From the NCBI GenBank assembly GCA_964505635.1, contig CAZDIP010000001.1, positions 116,386-180,385 on the forward strand: a stretch of DNA of 64,000 nucleotides, read 5' to 3'. The translations under genes and the position numbers were made by a program. Below are positions 20,793-30,406 of this stretch, one piece after another (positions within the stretch are counted from its first letter, which is position 1; each line of letters opens with the position of its first letter). The notes under the pieces were generated by a model. The model was not told where the DNA came from. It did no database searches and was given only the letters and a program-made list of their open reading frames with translations. The stretch comes from an uncultured Candidatus Saccharibacteria bacterium. GTDB lineage: Bacteria; Patescibacteriota; Doudnabacteria; UBA920.

Positions 20793-20820
20793 AAAAAAAC
20801 CTTCTTTAAAGGTTTTTTTG
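20793..20820. terminator. bidirectional rho-independent terminator (A-tract, AACCTT-CTTTA-AAGGTT, T-tract)
   Basis: Symmetric hairpin with an A-run on one side and a T-run on the other. Serves the + SIMPL gene and the minus-strand rnpB 3' end. Confidence 0.6.
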
Positions 20821-20822
20821 TT

Positions 20823-21202
20823 GCTCTAAGCAAACTCATAAGCCGAATTCTGTTTACCCAAAATAAATTTTAGGTTTAATAATCATCTATCTGCCGTCGG
20901 TATTACTACCGAGGTCAAGCAGCCTACCAAATTTGGCCTTGCACTCAAGTAAGGATTTAGCCGTTTCACCTCAAATATTTCTATAAGAGATCGCCCTGTC
21001 ATTTTTGACAGGGCGTTTTATTTCTTTCGAAATAAAACGTTTCTGTTCGCACCTCGCGTTTTACAACGGACGGGTGTTACCCGCTACTCTTTTGATAACT
21101 CTATAGAGGTCATCAATAAGTGTTCGGACTTTCCTCCCCATTCATTGTTTGCAAAATTTTGCAGCTTCCAATCAATGGGCGATTATTCGGTTTGCTTAGA
21201 GC
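20823..21202 (-). ncRNA. rnpB: RNase P RNA (bacterial type A-like)
   Basis: On the minus strand: 13-bp P1 helix between 21190..21202 and 20823..20835. P4 5' strand GAGGAAAGUCCGAAC (rc of 21121..21137) and P4 3' strand ACAGAAUUCGGCUUAU (rc of 20839..20854). GGUAGGCUGCUUGA (P15-like, rc of 20905..20918). GGUGCG and a GAAA-tetraloop hairpin. Length is about 380 nt. Confidence 0.85.
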
Positions 21203-21208
21203 TTAAAA

Positions 21209-21237
21209 ATGTTAGCATTTTGATTTGTTTTTGTCAA
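21209..21237 (-). promoter_or_regulatory. rnpB promoter TTGACA-N17-TAACAT (minus strand)
   Basis: rc of 21232..21237 = TTGACA and rc of 21209..21214 = TAACAT. The inferred TSS is about 7 nt upstream of the P1 5' strand. Confidence 0.55.
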
Positions 21238-21244
21238 GTAAAAA

Positions 21245-21253
21245 TGGTATAAT
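21245..21253 (+). promoter_or_regulatory. extended -10 element TGGTATAAT upstream of the sugar-transferase gene
   Basis: Read directly, 13 nt upstream of the ATG at 21266. The -35 is unclear. Confidence 0.35.
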
Positions 21254-21265
21254 TTAAATCTAAAT

Positions 21266-22702
21266 ATGAAAAAATCAGAACTTGTTTTTAATTTAATTTC
21301 AATACCTGCTGATATAGTTATGCTTTTTTTAGCAGGCATAATTTCCTTTTATTTAAGGCAAGAAACCACCAATATAGTGGGCCCGATTATTTATCAGTTA
21401 GACCTGAAAGACTTTTTGAATATAAGCTACAAAATTATTGCATCCTTGTCGCTAATTTTCGCATTCTTGGGACTTTATAATTTAAAAGGCACAAGAAAAT
21501 TCACAACGGAACTTGGAAAAATAATTATTGGGGTTTCATTAGGACTTTTGATTATCATATTGCTTTTTTTCTTTAATCAAAGCATTTTTCCTTCAAGGTT
21601 TATTATTTTGGCGACTTGGGCATTGGGTATTATTTTTGTTATATTCGGCAGACTGGTCATTAAATTTGTTCAGCGCTGGTATTTTTTAAAAGGCGTGGGG
21701 CTGCACAAGCTCGCAATCATTAGTGGTGACAATCCTCTCGCAAAAGCTGTGGATGCGGTTTATACCAAAAAACAATATGGGTATGAAGTTGTCGGCAGGT
21801 TTAAATATGACAGTGATGTGACTTTGAAATTAGAGGAGTTGTTTAAAAATAGCCGGCTGGATGAAATTTTACAGACTGATTACTTGTTATCTGATGAACA
21901 AAATTTAAGTTTGGTTGAATTTGCCCGTGCCAAGGGTTTAAGTTTCAGTTTTGTTCCAAATCTTTTTGAAGTTCAGCGCAATGCCATAGAAATTTATAAT
22001 GATTCGGGAATCCCTGTCATAGCTTTGAAAAATACTCCTTTGGACGGGTGGGGTAAGGTAGCAAAAAGAATTTTTGATGTTTTTTCCAGCACGATCTGTT
22101 TAATTTTAACCTTGCCATTATTTATATTTATTTCTTTTGCGATTAAAATTAACAGCCCCGGCAGAGTTATTTATGCCTCGCCACGGGGCGGCAAGGGCAA
22201 TAATTTTCAATTTTATAAATTTAGAAGCATGTTTAGTCATTTAAGCGTAGGCAGTAATTATGGGGGCGAGGGGGCTGAAAAAATCAGACAAGAGCTTTGG
22301 AAAAAAAATGACAGGGGGGGAGAAAATTCTCCCTTTTTGAAAATTAAGAAAGACCCCCGCGTAACCAGTGTAGGCAGGTTTTTACGCAAAACTAAATTAG
22401 ATGAAATACCCCAATTTTGGAATGTTTTAAAGGGTGATATGAGTATGGTTGGGCCAAGAGCACATGTCTTAGACGAAGTACAGCGCTATAAAGACAGGTA
22501 TCCTAGAATGTTCAGTATTAAACCGGGTATTTTTGGTTTTTCTCAAGTTGCCCAGCTAAGCTGGCCAGACTTGCCGTTTGAAGAAGAAATTAGATTAAAT
22601 ATTTTTTATATTGAAAATTGGTCTCTGTGGCTGGATATAAAGATTTTAACCAAGAGTTTTGTTTTATTATTTTTTGGAAAAAAAAATTTGGAAGATTACT
22701 AA
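21266..22702 (+). CDS. polyprenyl-phosphate sugar phosphotransferase (bacterial sugar transferase family, WbaP/PglC-like)
   Basis: N-terminal TM helices. C-terminal domain KRIFDVFSSTICLILTLPLFIFISFAIK, YKFRSM, DEIPQFWNVLKGDMSMVGPRA. Confidence 0.75.
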   Translation: MKKSELVFNLISIPADIVMLFLAGIISFYLRQETTNIVGPIIYQLDLKDFLNISYKIIASLSLIFAFLGLYNLKGTRKFTTELGKIIIGVSLGLLIIILLFFFNQSIFPSRFIILATWALGIIFVIFGRLVIKFVQRWYFLKGVGLHKLAIISGDNPLAKAVDAVYTKKQYGYEVVGRFKYDSDVTLKLEELFKNSRLDEILQTDYLLSDEQNLSLVEFARAKGLSFSFVPNLFEVQRNAIEIYNDSGIPVIALKNTPLDGWGKVAKRIFDVFSSTICLILTLPLFIFISFAIKINSPGRVIYASPRGGKGNNFQFYKFRSMFSHLSVGSNYGGEGAEKIRQELWKKNDRGGENSPFLKIKKDPRVTSVGRFLRKTKLDEIPQFWNVLKGDMSMVGPRAHVLDEVQRYKDRYPRMFSIKPGIFGFSQVAQLSWPDLPFEEEIRLNIFYIENWSLWLDIKILTKSFVLLFFGKKNLEDY

Positions 22703-22736
22703 AGAACGCCCTATTTATGAGTGAACATTTAAAAGG

Positions 22737-23804
22737 ATGAAAGTAGCAATAATACATGACAGTTTTACTCAAATGGGGGGTGCTGAGCGAGTAGTGGAGA
22801 ATTTACACGAGCTTTTTCCAAATGCCCCGGTTTTTACTTTGGTTTTTGACAAAAAGTTTGCCAAAAAGTATGAAGATTGGGATATACGAACCTCTTCTTT
22901 GCAGGTTTTATACTATATTTTTGGCAAATTTCAATATTTGTTACCGTGGATGGTTTGGGGTGTCAATCAATTAAATTTTAACGAGTATGATGTTGTAATT
23001 TCCTCGTCTTCCGGATTTGTAAAAAATATCCAGGTTTCAAAAAATACCAAACATATTTGTTACTGTCATACGCCACCTAGATTTTTGTGGATAGATAACG
23101 AATATGTGAACCATGAGGTTCCTTTTCCTATCCGCCCGCTTGCAAGGTATATATTATTCAAAATGCGCAAATGGGATTTAAATGGTTCAAAGCGCGTAAG
23201 TTTATTTATTGCCAACTCCAAAGAAGTTCAAAAGAGGATTAAAGATATTTATGAAAGGAATAGCGAAGTTGTTTACCCGGGGGTTGACACTGAATTTTGG
23301 CGGCCAACCAGATCTAAAAGTGATTACTTTTTAATAGCAGGCCGTTTACAGACTCATAAGAATAACGAGTTGGCAGTGGAAATTTTTAATAGTTTAGAGA
23401 TACCTCTGCATATTATCGGTACAGGCAGGCAGGAAAAATACTTGAAATCTTTGGCTAAACCCAACATTACTTTTTTAGGAGCTGTGGATGACAATAAATT
23501 GCGTGACGAATATAGCGGGGCCTTGGGTTTTATTTACCCTCAGGTGGAAGATTTTGGCCTTATGCCGCTTGAAGCCGCGGCTTGCGGTACGGCAACCATT
23601 GCTTTAAATAAGGGTGGCGCTCTGGAAACAGTTCTGCCCGGAGTTACTGGGGAATTCTTTAACCATAAAGATGAATTAAAGCAGATTATTTTAAACTGGC
23701 AAGCTAAAAAATATTTACCCGCGAACCTTCATAGACAGGCCTTAAATTTTAGCAAGGACAAGTTTAAGGAAAAATTATCAAAACTTTTGGAAAATATCTT
23801 ATGA
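22737..23804 (+). CDS. glycosyltransferase family 4
   Basis: GT-B fold. LMPLEAAACGTATIALNKGG in the C-terminal half. Confidence 0.6.
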   Translation: MKVAIIHDSFTQMGGAERVVENLHELFPNAPVFTLVFDKKFAKKYEDWDIRTSSLQVLYYIFGKFQYLLPWMVWGVNQLNFNEYDVVISSSSGFVKNIQVSKNTKHICYCHTPPRFLWIDNEYVNHEVPFPIRPLARYILFKMRKWDLNGSKRVSLFIANSKEVQKRIKDIYERNSEVVYPGVDTEFWRPTRSKSDYFLIAGRLQTHKNNELAVEIFNSLEIPLHIIGTGRQEKYLKSLAKPNITFLGAVDDNKLRDEYSGALGFIYPQVEDFGLMPLEAAACGTATIALNKGGALETVLPGVTGEFFNHKDELKQIILNWQAKKYLPANLHRQALNFSKDKFKEKLSKLLENIL

Positions 23805-24934
23805 AAATTGCTATTGATTTAAGGAGCCTATCAAGCGGAAGTGTGAGCGGTGTAGAAAACTACACCCTGAATTTGCTTGACTATCTTTTAAAAATTGACC
23901 GTGAAAATACCTACGTCTTATTCTTCAATTCTTTTTTTAAAGTTAAGTTGCCCGAATTTGGTTATGTTAATGCTAAAGTTAAGTTTACCCGCTGGCCGAA
24001 CAAACTTTTAAATTTTTTATTTAAATTCAGATTAATTTCTTTAGAAAAACTTATTGGGAATTTTGATGTTTTGTTTATGCCTAATTTAAACCAATTCAAT
24101 ATAAACACTGGGGCTAAACTAGCTTTAACCGTACACGATTTATCTCCTTTGGTTACTCCTGAATTTTATGATTTTAAAAGAAGAGTTTGGCATTATTTTT
24201 TAAACTATGAAAAAGCTTTTAATAGAGCCGATGTGATTTTTGCAGTTTCGGAATATACTAAAAATGATCTACTTAAACTTTTTAGTGTAAAAAAAGATAA
24301 AATTAAAGTTATATATCCGGGCATAGACCAAAAAATCTTTAATACGCAAATACCTGTTTCTACATTACGTGATGTACGAAATAAATACAGTCTCCCCGGA
24401 GATTATATTTTATTTTTAAACACGATTGAGCCTCGTAAAAATTTGAGCAATCTAATAAAAGCTTTTGAAAATGTTTCAGAACCTTATTATTTAGTTATTG
24501 CTGGTAAGAAGGGTTGGAAATATTCACAGCTATTTAAAGAAGTTAAGAATAGCCGAAAAAATTTTAGAATTAAATATTTGGGATATTTGCCGGAAGAGGA
24601 CAAGCCCGCAGTTATCAAACTTGCGAAAATGCTGGTTTATCCTTCTTTCTACGAGGGTTTTGGCTTCCAGCCTTTAGAGGCTTTATTTTGCGGAACCCCC
24701 GCTATTGTATCCAACGTAACTTCTTTGCCTGAAATTGTTGGTAAGGCCGGGTATTTAGTAAACCCATATAATATCTCAGAAATTCAAAAATCTATAGAAG
24801 CCTTAATTAAAAACGAGGGTTCAGAAAATGATGTGCAAATGGATGTCAAAAATTTAAACCTAAAAGAAAAGTATGATTGGCAACTTACCGCCAAACAGAC
24901 CCTTAACGAAATTAAATTGATATGTCAAAAATAG
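23801..24934 (+). CDS. glycosyltransferase family 4 (paralog of 4015 and 24922)
   Basis: YPSFYEGFGFQPLEALFCGTP. N-terminus MKIAIDLRSL resembles MLIGIEAERA and MSKIGIDLRMV of the paralogs. Confidence 0.7.
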   Translation: MKIAIDLRSLSSGSVSGVENYTLNLLDYLLKIDRENTYVLFFNSFFKVKLPEFGYVNAKVKFTRWPNKLLNFLFKFRLISLEKLIGNFDVLFMPNLNQFNINTGAKLALTVHDLSPLVTPEFYDFKRRVWHYFLNYEKAFNRADVIFAVSEYTKNDLLKLFSVKKDKIKVIYPGIDQKIFNTQIPVSTLRDVRNKYSLPGDYILFLNTIEPRKNLSNLIKAFENVSEPYYLVIAGKKGWKYSQLFKEVKNSRKNFRIKYLGYLPEEDKPAVIKLAKMLVYPSFYEGFGFQPLEALFCGTPAIVSNVTSLPEIVGKAGYLVNPYNISEIQKSIEALIKNEGSENDVQMDVKNLNLKEKYDWQLTAKQTLNEIKLICQK

Positions 24935-26052
24935 GTATTGATTTACGAATGGTGACTGAGGGGCAAAGCGGCATTAGCCGATATTCTTTAGAATTATCCA
25001 GGCATTTAGTAGGACTTGATTCCGGCCACCAATATACTTTGTTTTTTAATCAAGCAGGAGAAAAAATTGTTACAAAGTGTTTTAGCGGCCAGCCAAATGT
25101 AATTTTAGTAATGGCCAATGTGAGGCATTATTCTTTTGCCGAGCAGGCCGGGTTTGTCAGGATGCTTAATAAGCACAACCTGGATTTAATGCATTTTACT
25201 AACTTCAATGTGCCTATCATGTATAAAAAGCCTTATGTTGTAACAATCCATGATGTTGTACACCATAAAATCAGCGGGCAAAAAAAAGTAAGATTTTTTA
25301 AGTTTTTGGCCTACAAAAAAATTATTTCTACAGCTGTAAAAAATTCCAGAGCCATAATCACAGTTTCTCAATTTTCAAAAAGTGATATAATAAAAACCTT
25401 TAAAATTCCTGCTAGAAAAGTTGAAGTGATTCACGAAGGAGCTAGTTTAAATACTGATTTTACGGAAGAGGATGTTAATAAAATAAAAAATAAGTATCTT
25501 TTAAACAAGCCTTATTTTCTGTTTGTCGGGGTTCTTGAAAGGAAAAAAAATATAATAAATTTAACTCGCGGTTTTGACAAATTTTTGGAAAATTTTAATC
25601 TTGATATGGATTTGGTTATTGCGGGTCCAGCCGATAAGCATTACCCGGAAATTAGACATAAAGCACAGGATATAAGTAATAAAAACAGGCTTGTTTTTAC
25701 TGATTTTGTAGAAGACCGCGATTTAGGCGCGCTTTATAAAGGCGCTTTTGCTTTTGTCTCCGCCTCGTTACATGAAGGGTTCGGTTTACCCGGAGTGGAA
25801 GCTATGCGCTTTGGGCTGCCTTTGATTGTCTCTAATTTAGATGTTTTTAATGAAGTATACGATAACGCAGCAGTTTATTTTGATCCTCAAAACCCAGAGG
25901 ATATAGCAGAAAAACTTTTTTTGCTCGCCAACGACCATAAATATTACGAAGAACTTTCCAAAAAAAGCTTGATAAGGGCTAAGTTTTTTAACTGGCCGGA
26001 ATGCGCACAAAAAACTTTAAATTTGTACAACCAAATAACGGTTATTGAATAA
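24922..26052 (+). CDS. glycosyltransferase family 4
   Basis: SASLHEGFGLPGVEAMRFGLP. Confidence 0.7.
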   Translation: MSKIGIDLRMVTEGQSGISRYSLELSRHLVGLDSGHQYTLFFNQAGEKIVTKCFSGQPNVILVMANVRHYSFAEQAGFVRMLNKHNLDLMHFTNFNVPIMYKKPYVVTIHDVVHHKISGQKKVRFFKFLAYKKIISTAVKNSRAIITVSQFSKSDIIKTFKIPARKVEVIHEGASLNTDFTEEDVNKIKNKYLLNKPYFLFVGVLERKKNIINLTRGFDKFLENFNLDMDLVIAGPADKHYPEIRHKAQDISNKNRLVFTDFVEDRDLGALYKGAFAFVSASLHEGFGLPGVEAMRFGLPLIVSNLDVFNEVYDNAAVYFDPQNPEDIAEKLFLLANDHKYYEELSKKSLIRAKFFNWPECAQKTLNLYNQITVIE

Positions 26053-26054
26053 TT

Positions 26055-27143
26055 ATGAAAATTTTACTAGTCGGCGGAGGTAGTGGAGGCAGCGTTTCCC
26101 CGCTACTTGCTGTTGCTGAAAAAATCAAACAAAAACAGCCGGGAAGTTTGTTTTTGTTTGTCGGCGGATTCAAAGGGCCGGAGAGGGAAATGGCGGAAAA
26201 AGCCGGTATGCCGTTTGTTAAAATTCCGGCAGGTAAGTTGCGCAGGTACTTTAGTTTAAAAAATTTATTTGCGCCTTTTTTAACACTGGTTGGTTTTATT
26301 TTAGCCATAAAAATATTAAAGCAATTTAAACCCCGATGTGTTTTTGGTACCGGCAGTTTCTTACAAGTCCCCGTAATTTGGGCGGCCTGGTTTCTAAAAA
26401 TACCCAGTGTAATCCACCAGCAAGATATAATCCCGAGTTTGGCTAACAAATTATGCCAGTGGCCGGCAAAAAAAATTACTGTTACGTTTGAACAGTCAGC
26501 AAAAGATTTTAGTTCCGGCCTCGGACTTTTTTACAGTAAACTTGAAAATAAAGCGGTTCTAACCGGAAATCCTTTTAGGCACAATTTAGAAGGTTTTACG
26601 CGTGAATCAGGGCTTAGGCATTTTGGACTTTCGCCGGATTTTCCCACGTTATTAGTTTTAGGCGGTGGAACAGGCGCGGAATTTTTAAATAAACTTGTTG
26701 AAAAAAGTCTTGGTGATTTAATTAAATACGTGCAAATTATACATTCAACCGGCAGAGGAAAAATAACTCGCACGCAAATTTATAACAGGTACAAGCGCTA
26801 TGAGTTCATTTCAGAAATGGGGCAGGCATTTGCAGCGTCGGATTTTGTGCTCAGCCGGGCCGGACTTTCTACAATAACAGAACTTTCCAACTTACAAAAA
26901 GTCAGCATTTTGGTTCCGATACCTAAAACACACCAAGAAATTAACGCCTTGCTATTAATGGAAAAAAAATGCGCATTGGTTGTTCCGCAAAAAGCTTTGA
27001 ACACAGAAACTTTTGTACGGCTTATCCGTAAGCTTATTTTTGAGAACCAGCTACAAAAAAATTTACAAAAAAACATTGGAAAAATCATGCCTAAAAACTC
27101 AGCCGAAAAAATTTCTGATATTATTATTAAACTAGCAAACTAA
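26055..27143 (+). CDS. murG: undecaprenyldiphospho-muramoylpentapeptide beta-N-acetylglucosaminyltransferase
   Basis: MKILLVGGGSGGSVSPLLAVA (G-loop) and C-terminal RAGLSTITEL ... QEINALLL (GT28). Confidence 0.7.
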   Translation: MKILLVGGGSGGSVSPLLAVAEKIKQKQPGSLFLFVGGFKGPEREMAEKAGMPFVKIPAGKLRRYFSLKNLFAPFLTLVGFILAIKILKQFKPRCVFGTGSFLQVPVIWAAWFLKIPSVIHQQDIIPSLANKLCQWPAKKITVTFEQSAKDFSSGLGLFYSKLENKAVLTGNPFRHNLEGFTRESGLRHFGLSPDFPTLLVLGGGTGAEFLNKLVEKSLGDLIKYVQIIHSTGRGKITRTQIYNRYKRYEFISEMGQAFAASDFVLSRAGLSTITELSNLQKVSILVPIPKTHQEINALLLMEKKCALVVPQKALNTETFVRLIRKLIFENQLQKNLQKNIGKIMPKNSAEKISDIIIKLAN

Positions 27144-28087
27144 TGGTTAAAGATAGGCCTACTTTAGGACTCGCTTTAAGTGGAAGCGGTAACCGAACCG
27201 CATTTTATATTGGATTTTTGGAATATCTCAAAACTCAGGAAATTCAAATACACTACATAACGGCTATGTCAGGGGGTTCTTTGGCAGCTGCCGCCTTTGC
27301 GTGCGGAAGCCTGGATCAATTAAAAAATATCACCTTAAACTTAAACAGTAAAAATATAAAAAAATATTTTGTGAAAGCAAGCGGCCACGGCGGACTTTAC
27401 AGCTTAGATATTGTGGAAGAAGAAATGCGAAATTTAACCCAGGGCAAAAATTTTGAGGATGTAAGGCCTATTATGACCTTTATTGGAGTTGATGTTGAGT
27501 CGGGTGAGTTGTTGGAAATGTGTATGGGAGATATTGCGCGAGCAGCTAGAGTTTCGTGTACTTTACCGGGGATTTTTGAACCCGTTAAATGGGGTAATAA
27601 AACTTTAGTCGATGGAGGTTTGCTTTCTCAGGTCCCAACAGCTTCCTTGAAAAAATTCCAGCCTGATGTGACAATTGGCATTAATATGCGAGGCACAAAG
27701 CACATTTTTACCGAACGGCAAATCTCACTAAAAAAAATCTTTAATTTTATAAAGAAAATTTTGTTTTTAGACGAAATCGGATTGTTTGTGAACGGAGTAG
27801 GAACAGGACTTTTTGGATCTGACCTCAATAAAGAAAAAGAGTTGAGTATTTTTAGTATATTGGGCAAAAGTATGGATTTGGCCATAAAGGCAAACCAAAA
27901 TGCTGAAACAGAAAAAATTGAGTGTGACTTGCTTATTACCCCAAATATTCCCAAACTAAAACGCTCTGAATTGTCGGAAGAAAGTATGATATATTATTAT
28001 GAATTAGGTATGAAAACAGCTAAAGACTATCTGCCAAAAATTTCAAAATTGTTGGAGAAAGGAAAAATCTATGAAAAACAGCTCTGA
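27143..28087 (+). CDS. patatin-like phospholipase
   Basis: Oxyanion-hole region LALSGSGNRTAFYIG. Nucleophile elbow AMSGGS. Catalytic-dyad region LVDGGLLSQVP. Confidence 0.55.
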   Translation: MVKDRPTLGLALSGSGNRTAFYIGFLEYLKTQEIQIHYITAMSGGSLAAAAFACGSLDQLKNITLNLNSKNIKKYFVKASGHGGLYSLDIVEEEMRNLTQGKNFEDVRPIMTFIGVDVESGELLEMCMGDIARAARVSCTLPGIFEPVKWGNKTLVDGGLLSQVPTASLKKFQPDVTIGINMRGTKHIFTERQISLKKIFNFIKKILFLDEIGLFVNGVGTGLFGSDLNKEKELSIFSILGKSMDLAIKANQNAETEKIECDLLITPNIPKLKRSELSEESMIYYYELGMKTAKDYLPKISKLLEKGKIYEKQL

Positions 28088-29528
28088 ATTAAATAATTTA
28101 CTAGAAGGCGTCGAAAAAGTTTACTTTGTCGGAATTGGCGGTATCGCCATGTCAGCTGCTGCTAACTTAGCTAAACTTACTGGTTTGGAAGTTTTGGGCA
28201 GCGATAGCAAAACCGTCTATGACCCGGCAAAGGGAGTCTTAGATGAAAATCAAATCGCATATAAGGTAGGTTACGATGAAAAAAATGTAGCAAAAAATCC
28301 AGCTGATTTATATGTTCTTTCGGCAGGCGAAGGCTTAGAAAACCCGGAAGTCAAATATATTGTTGAAAAAAACTGGGTGAGAACAGGTTTAGCTGAATTT
28401 TTATTTAATTTAAGCAGGCAGAAACTCCGTGTAGTTATTGCCGGTACTCACGGTAAATCCACCACAGCGGCATTTTTGGGCCACATGCTAAAGAATCTTG
28501 ACGACTCTTCATTTATGGCTGGCGCCGTGCTCCAGAATTACCAAAGTAATTTTTATTTAGGAGAGGGTAATTATTTTATTTTTGAGGGCGATGAATATAA
28601 AGAACAATTTGACGACCCAAGCCCGAAATTTCATTATTACAAGCCGGATATTTTAGTTTTGACAAATTTGGAATATGATCACCCCGATCTTTTTGAAAGT
28701 TTCGATATTTTGGAAAATGAATTTAGGCAACTTATAGCCAACATGCCTGAAGACGGCCTTATAATTTATAACGGCGACGACGCAAATTTAACCAAGCTTG
28801 TCCATGAGTCAAACGTTTCAAGCGCAAGTTTTGGCGTAGAGAATGAGGCAGATTTTAAAATTGAAAACATCCAATACGGCCAATATACCAAATTCAGCCT
28901 TTATAATAAATTTTCAAAAAATCTATCCGCCCAGTTGGGCCAGCAGCTGGAAGAATACCAAATTCAGCTGCCCGGTAAACTAAATGTTTACAATGCTTTG
29001 GCGGTTGTCTCTACTTTAAGGGCCTTAGGCTTTCAGCCCGACCAGATTGCTTTGGATTTATTAACCTATGCCGGTGTTAAACGCAGGTTTGAAGTGGTAG
29101 GAGTAAAAAACGGCGTTACTATTATTGACGACTACGCGCATCACCCAACAGCGGTTATGGAAACGCTAAAGGCTGCCAAGTTAAAGTACCCTAATTCTAA
29201 ACTCTGGGCAGTGTTTGAACCCCACACTTTTAGCCGAACCCAGGCTACCTTGCCGGAATTGATTAAGGCTTTTGAGTCCGCTGATGAAGTTTTGATCTCA
29301 GAAATTTACCCGGCCAGGGAAAAAATTTCCAATGCGCCTATATCATCAACCGACATAATAAAAGAAATGGTTAATAAAAAACATAAAACCAAAGATACCG
29401 TCCGTCTTGTCCCTGACAAACAGGCAGCTCTAGATATTTTAAAAAAGGAAACTAAAGAAGGTGATGTAATAGTTGTTATGGCCGTAGGAGACTTTAACCT
29501 TTTAGCTTATAATTTAATACAGCAATAA
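28071..29528 (+). CDS. murC: UDP-N-acetylmuramate--L-alanine ligase (MurC/Mpl family Mur ligase)
   Basis: VYFVGIGGIAMSAAANLAKLTGLEVLGSD. ATP-binding VIAGTHGKSTTAAFL. Confidence 0.65.
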   Translation: MKNSSELNNLLEGVEKVYFVGIGGIAMSAAANLAKLTGLEVLGSDSKTVYDPAKGVLDENQIAYKVGYDEKNVAKNPADLYVLSAGEGLENPEVKYIVEKNWVRTGLAEFLFNLSRQKLRVVIAGTHGKSTTAAFLGHMLKNLDDSSFMAGAVLQNYQSNFYLGEGNYFIFEGDEYKEQFDDPSPKFHYYKPDILVLTNLEYDHPDLFESFDILENEFRQLIANMPEDGLIIYNGDDANLTKLVHESNVSSASFGVENEADFKIENIQYGQYTKFSLYNKFSKNLSAQLGQQLEEYQIQLPGKLNVYNALAVVSTLRALGFQPDQIALDLLTYAGVKRRFEVVGVKNGVTIIDDYAHHPTAVMETLKAAKLKYPNSKLWAVFEPHTFSRTQATLPELIKAFESADEVLISEIYPAREKISNAPISSTDIIKEMVNKKHKTKDTVRLVPDKQAALDILKKETKEGDVIVVMAVGDFNLLAYNLIQQ

Positions 29529-30368
29529 ATGCACCCGGTTATTAGACATTTAAAATCTCGTAAAAACAAAGCAATGCCATTTTGCGATCGAAGAAAAATT
29601 GCGCTAGTTAATTTCGGCGGTTTTATGAGTGGTGTAAGAAATGCCGGTGCTATGGTTGCTTTATTGGAAATGGGCTACGGAAAATCGTTTGATTCTATTT
29701 ACACCATATCCAGCGGATTTTTTAATGCATTAAGTTTTTTATCAGGTGACGGACAAAAAAATATAAGCGTGTATTATGAGAATCTTATCTCAAAAAATTT
29801 TTTTAACCCCCTTAGGCTATACAAATTAATTGACTCTGATTATTTAGTGAATATTCTTAATAAAGCTAAAAAAGTTAACATTGAAAATATTTTAGAACAA
29901 AAAACCGAGTTATTTTTAAGAGTAAGAAACCTAGGCAAAAATCGCGATGAATATTTAGAAGTACATAAATTTAAAAAGCCTTCTTTTAAAAAACTTTTTA
30001 AACTCGCTGCATCGGCTCCATATTTATCGCCAGGTTATGTAAGATTAAGACTAAATAATTATAAGGATCCACAAATGACCGAACTTCAAACAATCGAGCA
30101 TGTCAACTATGTTTTAAATTCCAAGGCCACCGATATTTTGATATTATATAATGAAAAATCCCAATATCTTTACGCAAAAAAACATGTGCCGGCTATTAAT
30201 AGTGACAGAATCTTTAATATTTATCCGTTGCAAAGCAGTATATTAGATAGGGTGGAAACTAGCCCAAAAAAATTAATGGTCAGCGCCGCGAGCATGGGAC
30301 GCTTATGTAAAAAGGCTTTTGGGCTAAGAAGCTCAATAAAACTTTATAAAAGTCCGGATAAAAAATAA
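29529..30368 (+). CDS. hypothetical protein, possibly a degenerate patatin-like fold
   Basis: VNFGGFMSGVRNAG resembles the patatin oxyanion-hole motif. TISSG occupies the GxSxG position but lacks the first Gly. Confidence 0.3.
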   Translation: MHPVIRHLKSRKNKAMPFCDRRKIALVNFGGFMSGVRNAGAMVALLEMGYGKSFDSIYTISSGFFNALSFLSGDGQKNISVYYENLISKNFFNPLRLYKLIDSDYLVNILNKAKKVNIENILEQKTELFLRVRNLGKNRDEYLEVHKFKKPSFKKLFKLAASAPYLSPGYVRLRLNNYKDPQMTELQTIEHVNYVLNSKATDILILYNEKSQYLYAKKHVPAINSDRIFNIYPLQSSILDRVETSPKKLMVSAASMGRLCKKAFGLRSSIKLYKSPDKK

Positions 30369-30406
30369 TGTTTTAATAAAAAATTTTATAATTTAATCGA
30401 TCAAAA

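Noticed and set aside
20900-20930. SRP-RNA-like AGCAGCC motif on the + strand (GAGGTCAAGCAGCCTACC)
   Set aside because: It is the reverse complement of the RNase P RNA P15-region GGUAGGCUGCUUGACCUC on the minus strand. No GNRA tetraloop or helix-8 symmetry for SRP RNA.
22678-22687. A10 homopolymer at the 3' end of the sugar-transferase gene (and a 9-A run near 1670)
   Set aside because: Homopolymer A/T runs of this length are frequent in this AT-rich sequence. No evidence of phase variation.
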